From the NCBI RefSeq assembly GCF_006345805.1, contig NC_043002.1, forward strand, positions 69,626,001 through 69,690,000: 64,000 nt of DNA. The letters run 5' to 3'. The first letter of the stretch is position 1. The number at the start of each line of letters is the position of its first letter. Of the stretch, positions 53,695-64,000 are shown in pieces. Source of the stretch: Octopus sinensis. Lineage: Eukaryota. A program made the position numbers and the translations under genes. A model generated the notes under the pieces. It was not told the origin of the DNA. It was given only the letters and a program-made list of their open reading frames with translations, and did no database searches.

Positions 53695-53837
53695 GACTAG
53701 AGAGCTTGTTATCCACTGACTGAATAACGGAACTGGTTAGACAGAATAAGTTTCCTTACTTAAATGCAGATGGAAACTGTCGAAGGATTTGCTCTTGTGC
53801 TGCAACCAGCGAGGTAGACAGCACAAGGTATCCTAGA

Positions 53838-53949
53838 TTTTATACAAAGAACAGTAAATCGTGGACTCAAAAGCCAAGACAGGCTTTTGCCAACCACGTT
53901 TGGGGCGGCCAGAGATGTTTTATATTGCCGCATAAACCGCTCGTCCAAT
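53838..53949 (-). promoter_or_regulatory. Collagen proximal promoter: TATAAAA (53838-53844), GC box GGGGCGG (53902-53908), inverted CCAAT (53945-53949)
   Basis: Motifs seen directly, in a repeat-free, CpG-containing stretch 145-255 nt upstream of the ATG. Confidence 0.6.
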
Positions 53950-54879
53950 CAGAGAGCCGAGATTCGGTCAGACGCAGCTCTTGGTTGACGACATCCTACC
54001 TCATAGCGTTTGTGGGCAGTTCCCTTCGGTGGGCTGACAGTTTCTCTACGGATTTTGTCTCCTCCCATCGAAAACGATAATACGAAAGCACGAGGGAAAC
54101 AAATAAATGAAATAATAAAACACAAAAACATATCAAACAAACGGACAGAGAAGGAAAAGAAAAGTACATTAAAATAAATGAAAACACATATATACACATA
54201 CATACACACAAGTATATAATAATACACAATCAGCTATTGCAGCCTCTCCCTCACTTCCTCTGTCTACCTCTTTCTTTCTTTCTCTCTCTTCCTAATTTTG
54301 CCGCCGCCTTCGCCCTTGCTGAGTTCGTGAAATAAAATCTGAATTATAAAACTTAAACATGCAGCTTTCGCAGAAAACAAAATTAGCTTTTCTATCATTT
54401 TTTCCTTATTTTTTTTGTTTTGTTTTTTTACTGTTTAAAAAACTTTTTGTTTATTTTTATTCTTTACGTTTTATTTTTGTGTTTAAAAGAAGGAGGGACT
54501 TTGACAGCATTTTTGCATTTAATTCTTGTTGTTGTTGTTGTTGTTATCTTAAGTTTTCACAAGAACTCGCGTATTTAGCTTTTTTTCTCTCTCTCTCTCT
54601 TTTTCGTTAATAATTAATTTATCTCTGTAAGAAATATAATTATCTCATAACTCATATCGTTACAAACTTATCTGAAAATTACTATTTATCTGTAAATTAC
54701 TAATTTTCGAGAAATTGGTATTTATCTAAGAAATACGACCGCCACCGTTATTACGCTTTCCTTTCACATATTTCCATCTCTCTCTCAACCGTTCTCATTT
54801 ACAAGAACTTACAGTGGAACCAAATTACTTTGCCTGCCTCTGTATGTAAAGCGAAATAAAATCTATCTGCTTATCTGTC

Positions 54880-55446
<567 letters not shown>

Positions 55447-55724
55447 CATTCGTCCTTCCGTCTGTCTGTCTGTCTCGTTTGTCTTTCTAATTAATCCTCA
55501 AAATTATCCCGTCCTTTTACCTTAGTATCTCTCTTTTAAATAGGGTCTGTGCCTTATACAATATAGAAGTGACATAGGAAACTAATTGGCGTATAACCAG
55601 CTTACTGTACCAATGATACTGTACTTCAGTTATTGCACTATTATGGGGGAAATAAAGTCACTCTTCAATACTAGATTAATTCTAGTAAACTTACTGTATT
55701 GGTGGTATTATACCGACTCTACTG

Positions 55725-56515
55725 TGAAGGCGCATGACTCAGTTGTTAGAGCGCCGAACTTCCTTTCGTGAGGTTGTGAGCCGGGCTGCGTGTTGTGTTC
55801 TTGAGCAAGACACTTTATTTCACGTTGCTCCAGTTCATTCAGCTGTAGAAATGAGTTGCGACGTCACAGGTGCCAAGCTGTATCGGCCTTTGCCTTTCCC
55901 TTGGATAACACTGGTGGCGTGGAGAGGGGAGGCCGGTGTGCATGGGCGACTGCTGGTCTTCTGTAAACAACCTTGCCCGGACTTGTACCTGGGAGGGTAA
56001 CTTTCTAGGTGCAATCCCATGGTCTGTGTCGTGACCGAATGGGGTCTCAGACTGACTGTAGTGGTGATTGGTACTGAGCTATTAGCATTATACTAACTGT
56101 ACTGTTAGTGTCATTGTACTGACTGTACAGCACAGGTGATACAATACAGTTCTGGTGGTTTTGTCCTAAGTGTACTTGTGGCATTGAATTAACCGTACTG
56201 TATTAAAGTTATTTCTTGAAGGCGCGTGGTTTTGTGTTTAGGGTATTCGATCTCGATCGTAAAGTTGTCAGTTCGATTCCCGGCTGCGCATTGTGACCTT
56301 GAGCAAGGCACTTTATTTCACCTCAGCTGACAGAAATGAGCTGTACTTGTATTTCAAAGCGCCAGCCTCGTCACGTTCTGTGTCAAGCTGCATCTCCCTG
56401 AAAACTACATTAAGGATACCCGTGTCTGCAGGGTGCTCAGTCACTTGCAGTTAATTTCAAGAAACAGACCGTTCAGATAACGTGGAATGCTCGCCGTAGT
56501 AACTGACGGAGTTTC
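55725..56515 (+). mobile_element. Two SINE-C-related copies (55725-56045, 56217-56515)
   Basis: tRNA-like heads followed by TTGAGCAAG.CACTTTATTTCAC core. Confidence 0.72.
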
Positions 56516-56552
56516 AGTGCTATTATACCGACTGTACAGTACTAGTGGCATG

Positions 56553-56610
<58 letters not shown>

Positions 56611-57269
56611 GTTGGTTATGTTGATGATGATGTCAATTTCTTTAAACTAGCTTTAGATCAGCTCAAATATGTTTGAGACGTTTGAACCTGTAAAGGCTTC
56701 TCACTGCAGTTTGCTGCGGATCGTAAATAATTTCTTCATTCGTGGTGACATCGTGGTGACATTGCAAAAACAGTTACAACAATGGGTGGGTGCTTACAGA
56801 ATGGATTATGCAAACAGCACAGAGGAAAATCGATAGTATTAAAGAAATGGAATGAAAAACGATGTTCCTTAGGGAAGTGAGATCCCAAAGATCTAGTATT
56901 ACTCTGAGCACCAAGGGAAAGAGTCTTCTCGCAGCTGCTGCACCAGTCTACTGGTGCTGAAAATAGTCCTCTTCACTTGGGCCATACTCGCCACTCTCAG
57001 AAAAGTGACTGGAGGGCAGGAGCATCATCTGTATTCTCAGCATCCTCTTTCTGTAGATAGAATTTGAAGAAGTTGATAAGGGCACAGCGAGAGGAAGTAT
57101 CTGTTTTCAGTCCTTTCAAAATTGTTTTCCATATAACTTCTTCCGTTATAAACCACAAGAGAGAGAAAAACGTCTATGTACATCTCAGTCAGAGGAAGGC
57201 AGCCAGGCGATCTGCATAAACTCGTCGGATCGGTCCTGCGCGCAACAATGCCTCCTTAAGTATTTAATA

Positions 57270-58415
57270 ATCCTTTCTACTGATAAGCACAAGGCCTGAA
57301 ATTTCAGGAGAAAGGGCAAGTCGGTTACATTGACCCCAGTACTCAACTGGTACTTAATTTATCGAGTCCGACAGGATGAAAGGCAAAGCCAACCTCGGTG
57401 GAATTTGAACTCACAACGTAGCGGCAGACGAAATACCGGTAAGCATTTCGCCCGGTGTGCTAACGATTCTGCCAGCTCGCCGCCTTAAATTAAAATTCTT
57501 TTCTACTCTAGGCACAAGACCCAACATTTTCGGGGAGGGGGAGGCCAGTCAATTAGATCGGCCCCAGTACGCAACTGGTACTTAATTTATCGACCTCGAA
57601 AGGATGAAAGGCAAAGTCGACCTCAGCGGATTTGTCAAGTGTTTAATAATGCTTGGATACTGAACGAGTCAGTGAAGAACGGTTGCCGTCATTTTGCACA
57701 CATCTTGGACATGTTGAGCTAACAGCTCCATCATGCCTACAGAAATACTCCGGCTCTTCAATCCCTCTGTCCCATAATACTATCAGACCAGGGATTTCTG
57801 GAAATTGTCCCTAGCTTGTGGATTGAATGTCCGCTGAAAGAAACAGTTCAGTTATTCTCCGTCGAGTTTTTCCAAGATCATCGTCGTTATTGTTCATTAT
57901 TAACTTTCAATAGAATGAATAAGTTAATGTCCCATCACCAGCGGCATTGCTCGTCTCTAAAGAATTATGAACGCTTGATAATAAACGCCTGGTAATCCTT
58001 TCTTATTTTGGAGCAAGGCCAGTAATTTTTAAGGGTGGTAAAGTCGATTACATCGACACCAGTGCTCAAATGGTACTTATTTTTTCGACACCGAAAGAAT
58101 GAAAGGCAAATCAACCGCGGCAGAATTTCAGCTAAGGTCATAAAGACAGACGAAATGGTATTAAGCATTGAACTCGGTGTGCTAACAATTCTATCAGCTC
58201 ACCGCTGTTTCGAATATTAGTAAAGACCATGAATTTTAAGGGGAAGGGAAAAGTCGATTACATCGATCCCAGTGCTCAACTGGTATTTATTATATCGACC
58301 TCGAAAGGATCAAAGGCAAATTCGACCCCGGCGGCGTTTGAACTCAGAATGTAAAGACGGACGAAATGACACTAAGCGTTTGCCTGGTGTGCTAACAATT
58401 CTGTCAGCTCGCCAC
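57270..58415 (-). mobile_element. Cluster of four SINE-B copies
   Basis: Core motif at ~57350, ~57585, ~58075, ~58285. Confidence 0.75.
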
Positions 58416-58593
58416 ATTTTGGTGCGCAAATATTATGCATATTTCTTCAAATAAACACAAATTCTGCATACATATTGATCACATTAAATGTTTACAATTT
58501 GCACAGATATCACAAAGATAGAGCGCAGATGTTACAAATAGTTTGTAAATATACAAACGTTGTGCGTAGATTTTATAATAATTTTTTTTTGTC

Positions 58594-58770
58594 ACTTGTT
58601 TCAGTCATTTGACTGCGGCCATGCTAGAGCACCACCTTTTAGTCGAGAACTTTGTAAGTCTAGTTCTTATTCTATGGATCGCTTTTTGCCGAATCGCTAA
58701 GTTACGGGGACGTAAACACACCAGCATCGGTTGTCAAGCGATGTTGGGGGGGGGCAACCACAGACACACA

Positions 58771-58824
<54 letters not shown>

Positions 58825-58996
58825 CATATATACGACGGGCTTCTTTCAGTTTCCGTCTACCAAATCCACTCACAAGGCTTTGGTTGGCCCGAGGCTATAG
58901 TAGAAGACACTTGCTCAAGGTGCCACGCAGTGGGACTGAACCCAAAACCATGTGGTTGGTAAGCAAGCTACTTACTACACAGCCACTTCTGCGCCT
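58594..58996 (-). mobile_element. SINE family A, full length
   Basis: Matches the 26545 copy. Confidence 0.85.
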
Positions 58997-59213
58997 TTCG
59001 TTGTTGATATAACGTAGACAATATCTATGGCTCACAGCATGAAATTTGCTGAAATATAATAGAGACTTCATGCAGATTCGATACAGATTTTGCTCAAATG
59101 TCATACGGAGATGATTTTACATCAGTATCACTCAGTTTTTTTATAGAAATACCGGACCAATTCTGCGCAATTTGAGTTTACAAAGATGTCCTGGACGTAT
59201 TCTACGTATAAAC

Positions 59214-59606
59214 TACTCTTTACTCTTTTACTTGTTTTAGTCATGTGACTGTGACCATGTTGGAGCACCGCCTTTAGTCGAGGAAATCGACCCCAGGACT
59301 TATTGTTTGGAAGCCTAGTACTTATTCTATCGGCACTTTTGCCGAACCTCTAAGTTACAGGGACGTAAATACACTAGCATCGGTTGTCAAGCGATGGTGG
59401 GGGACCAACACAGACACACAAATACCCACAGACACATGCATACGACGGGCTTCTTTCAGTTTCCGTCTACCAAATCCACTCACAAGGCTTTGGTAGGCCC
59501 GAGGCTATAGTGGATGACACTTGTCCAAGGTGCCACGCAGTGGGACTGAACCCGGAACCATGTGGTTGGTAAGCAAGCTACTTACCACACAGCCACACCT
59601 ACGCCT
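59214..59606 (-). mobile_element. SINE family A, full length
   Basis: Matches the 26545 copy. Confidence 0.85.
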
Positions 59607-60109
59607 ATTGTTTTTTTTTCTTGTTTTATTTTTCTTCTTCTTACAATTGCTTTCTGAAGTATAGATGATTGAAGCTTTCCAAGTGTTCCAGAAAATTCGC
59701 TTAAGTAAATTATTCAAAACGAAATGGTCTTTCTTTAGCTGCACTTGGTAATAAAATCTAAATCTAGGGAGCGAGCAGAAATACATTCAGCTAACGAATT
59801 CACAATGATAATGATGATGAGGAGGAGGAGGAGGTGGAGGAGAGTAATTTTGACATAAAGAGCAATTTTGAGGGGAAGGGAAGTCGATTACATCGACTCA
59901 GTGTCGATGTAACAAAACGATACAATGGGTTTTCGAATTGAGTAAACTTTACAAAAAGACAAAACAAAAAAACAAAAAAACAATGAAAAATGAAACAAAA
60001 TAAAACTCCTAATAGACGGAGGCGCTTTAAGGTCCTCGTGGAAAATCCCACAAAATCCAAGGAGCCCTTCTCCTTTAATTTCCTTCTTTGCAGGTGTATG
60101 ATAATAATG

Positions 60110-60728
60110 GTTTCAACATTTTGGCACAAGGCCAGCAATTTAAGGTCTGGATTAAGTCATTCACATCGATCTCAGTACTTAGCTGGTACTTATCGTACCG
60201 ACCTCGAAAGAACGAAAGGCAAAGTCAACTTCGATGGCACTCGAATTGAGAACGTATAGAGATGGAAGAAACGCTGCTAAGCATTTTCTCTGGTGTGTTA
60301 AGGATTCTGCCAACATGCCTATTTCTTTACTACCCACAAGGGGCTAAACACAGAGAGGACAAACAAGGACAGACAAACAGATTAAGTCGATTATATCGAC
60401 CCCAGTGCGTAACTGGTACTTATTTAATCGATCCCCAAAGGATGAAAGGCAAAGTCGACCTCGGCATAATTTGAACTCAGAACGTAGCGGCAGACGAAAT
60501 ACCTATTTCTTTACTACCCATAAGCGGCTACACACAGAGAGGACTAACAAGGACAGAAACATGGATTAAATCGATTATATCGACCCCAGAGCATAACAGG
60601 TACTTAATTTATCGACCCCGAAAGTATGAAAGGCAAAGTCGACCTCGGCGGAATTTGAACTCAGAACGTAACGGCAGACGAAACACCGCTAAGCATTTTG
60701 CCCGGCGCGCCAACGTTTCGGCCAGCCT
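60110..60728 (-). mobile_element. SINE-B trimer
   Basis: ~180-bp units joined at ~60320 and ~60501. Confidence 0.8.
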
Positions 60729-61105
60729 CAATAAAATGAGACTGATTCTTTCAAAATTTGGTTGAAGCTCAGTAATAATAATAACAAGAGCACTCAGAGA
60801 GAGCAAACCTCCGCCAAGGCAACACCAACGTCCTCTCAGCGATTAGCCGGAGATGATTTATAAAATGAGAATATCTGAAATAAACTCGACTTCTCTCACA
60901 AACGAGATTACTAAAAATGAACCCGACTGCTCTCAAATATTAAGTAAAAAACAGGAAAAATAATCCAGATTCCTAGTTCGGTATTGGATCGATCCAAAAA
61001 TCTAATCACAGTGGGACTGAACCCGGAAATATGTGGTTGGGAAGCAAACTTCTTACCACACAACCACTCCTGCAGCACAAGTCCAATAATAACAATAATG
61101 ATAAT

Positions 61106-61310
61106 GAATATTAGGATCTAGCAAGACAGATGAAGAGATCGTGGAACACCAAAGAGGTAGTTGTTCCTGTGGCAACCGGTGCACTCGACAAACACTCAAA
61201 CTCCTTGAGTGGCGGAAGGATATAGACATTCGGACTCGTATTGTTGGCCGGAAAGAAATTGTCACCCTATATTGTGTAACAATCGTAAGAGACATTACTG
61301 AGATTTGCAA
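61106..61310 (+). mobile_element. Non-LTR retrotransposon 3' relic, restriction-like endonuclease (R4/Dong-like)
   Basis: Y*DLARQMKRSWNTKEVVVPVATGAL matches the recalled KYQDL..E..R.W....VVPVVIGALG motif; followed by (TGA)n(TAA)n. Confidence 0.55.
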
Positions 61311-61400
61311 TGAGTTGTCACCAAACCTCAGGTTAGCATCCCTGTTGATTAAATGAGCATGTAACAGATTTCGAATAATGATGATGATGATGATGATGAT

Positions 61401-61458
<58 letters not shown>

Positions 61459-62329
61459 TCTTTTATTGACTACAATGGCTAATATAAATATACGTAAAAA
61501 GACATGCAACAACATAAAAGACAACACAAGACAATACAAAGGGTTTTCCGTGTGTAAACAATAAAAAATTCTCCAACAAATAATGCCCTGATGCAGTACC
61601 AGGCTGTGGCTCTCATGGCTTCTGATCTTAACTGATTGGAAGTGTTATCATGTACATTGTTTTGTCTTGGTATAAAAGATGGGCTATAGCAAATATTCTG
61701 CTCAATACCACAGATTTGCTTGTCAGTTGTTTGACCTTAACCAGTTGAACTTGTTCCTTAGTGGCTGACGATATGTGCATCTCTGATCACAAGCAGAAGT
61801 AGTGGGGGTGCATCATAGCCATGTGTTGATAGGAATTCTTTAGGGATGTTTTGATCAACATCCTTAAACAACCCTTATTCAGGGACCTTTTGAGCGGGAT
61901 GGGCTACTAGTCCTGAGGAAAATTCTAACTGGGCCCCACCTGCAAGGAGTTTATCTTGATATGAGTTCACCATGTCGCGCACATATGGTTGTGATGCATG
62001 TGCCTGGTGCACCCTTATCAGACGGGTAGTCAGTATGAGTATATTGGGCTTCGTATATTTATACCCCAGTGTCATTTTGATGGCATGGCACTGCTCTCTC
62101 ACTCAATAATAATATTAATGGTTTTCTTCTGTCAGCATCATCATTATAGTTGCCGTGGTCGTCGTCATCATCATCATCATCATCATCGTCGTCGTCGTCG
62201 TCGTTATCGTCATCATCATCCAAATTACATAAAGGGAGACTAATCCGATATTCCAATGTATTACTCTAGTTTTTATTATTCTTGTTTTTGTTTAGTTTTA
62301 TTGTTCTCCAATAGATACAAATATATATG

Positions 62330-62870
62330 AGTTGATCGATGATGCTGGCTCTGATGCTGCTCGTGCTGCTGCTGATGATGATTTAAACGATAATGATACT
62401 GAAGATGATGGTGGTTGTAGTGGGGATGATGATGACAATGATGATGGAGATTATGTGAAGAGGAAGGAGAAGAAGAAGAAGAAGAAGAGGACGACGATGG
62501 CGATGCTGACGATGACAATGGCGATATGCAGCGATAAAGATGATGACAACGACGCTAAGGATGATGATGCTGATGACAATGAAGATGTGCAAAGATGAGG
62601 ATGGTGACAAGGACCATGACAAGGAAGATGAAGATGATGATGATGATAATAATGATGATGAAAACGGTAATGATGATAATGATGATGGCGACGACGACGA
62701 TAATGATGATGGTGATGATAACACGACAATGATGTTGAAGGATAATGATGATGATGATGATGATGATAATGACGGTGATGATAATGATGACGATGACGAC
62801 GACGATAAAGATGACGACGGCGATGACAATGATGATGATGACAACGATGATGATGGTGATGATGATTATA
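62330..62870. repeat. (GAT/GAC)n low-complexity tract
   Basis: Seen directly. Confidence 0.93.
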
Positions 62871-62927
62871 AAAATGTCACTACTAAATATGCGCGCACGC
62901 GTGTTTGTGTGTGTGTGTTTGTGTGTG

Positions 62928-62958
<31 letters not shown>

Positions 62959-63739
62959 AGGCGTTAGAAATTGTGCATGTGTGTGAATAGCATATATACG
63001 GGAATAATATACGTGTGTACGTGTACAGAACACACATTACATACAAACGACACACATACACACACATCTTTATTCTCACACATCCAACACAACACACACA
63101 CACACACACACGCATTTTCATACACTCACACATACTGGTACAGACATGTCTTACAATGCAAAAATCAACACATCCTTTATAAGACATACGCCACAAATTC
63201 CGCGACTCGGCTAGAAATAAAAAAAAAAAAACGGAAAAGAGAGAAGGGTGGAGTTTGGCTAAAAAGCACTCAGAGAGAATTATGAGACAGTTTCTCTTTA
63301 AGTGTAGTGGCGGTGGTGGTGGTGGTGATAGTGGTGAGGGCATGGAAGAGAAAGTAAGTGAAAGAGAGAGATAGGAGAGGGGAGAGTAAGAAAGAGAGGT
63401 GGGATACAAGGGGTGGTGGTGGTGTTTGGTGGTGCCATTCATGGTGGTGGTGCTGGGTCTGTTGGTTAAGAAGCTGCTGCCGATTGCGGTGGTGGTGGTG
63501 GTGATTGTAGCTGCTGCGGCAGTTAAGGTATATAGGACAGCTGTTCTTTCTTGCGCCGTTCCTCCCGCATGTGAAAGTAAAGCTACTTTATAGTGAATTT
63601 CGTTGTTATCGACTAGTTGCGCCTGGCACCAGTATTTATTACATCTCACAAAGTGCGTGTATATATAAATATATGTACACGTATGTATATATGTGTATAT
63701 GTACACACACGTACGTGTATATATGTATGTACGTGTGTG

Positions 63740-63777
<38 letters not shown>

Positions 63778-64000
63778 TATATTTATATGTATATGCATAT
63801 ATGTAAACATACATACACACACACATACATACATACATAGATATGAACGGTGCTTAGTTTAATGGAAGTGGTGGCTGTGGTGGGTTATGTCAGATGATGG
63901 TGACGGGGGTAGCGTGGTACAAGGAAGCGATGCTGCAAGAGAGCTGGCGTTGATGTTGGTGGTGTTGGTGTTGGTGGTGGTAGTGTTGTTGTTGTTGTTG

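Noticed and set aside
56880-57150. Possible L1/Tx1 ORF2 C-terminal relic (LINFFKFYL)
   Set aside because: Too short and decayed to support without a database search.
62555-63706. 383-aa minus-strand ORF
   Set aside because: A concatenation of (TA), (CAC), (CA) and (ATC) repeats with no domain.

Overview
AT-rich, microsatellite- and SINE-dense animal genomic DNA; the repeat landscape and gene content suggest an octopod cephalopod (inference). The window holds one complete minus-strand gene, hand-spliced here into 46 exons (CDS 53694->9014, 4197 nt, 1398 aa). It encodes a clade-A-type fibrillar procollagen alpha chain: signal peptide, VWC domain, a microexon-encoded linker with no minor helix, N-telopeptide, a 337-triplet Gly-X-Y helix with one Gly->Ala break, C-telopeptide and a COLFI C-propeptide with only 6 Cys. 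A TATA / GC-box / inverted-CCAAT promoter lies upstream. Introns and flanks carry three tRNA-derived SINE families, an internally deleted mariner with TIRs, and LINE remnants. The most unusual non-genic structure is a 2.6-kb fold-back palindrome built from tandem 490-bp units inside a (TA)n tract (2428-5008). About 30 copies of one SINE family all point the same way. Most ORFs in the supplied track are microsatellite or antisense artefacts. Comparisons to human COL1A1 numbering and to published invertebrate collagens are from memory and need checking.
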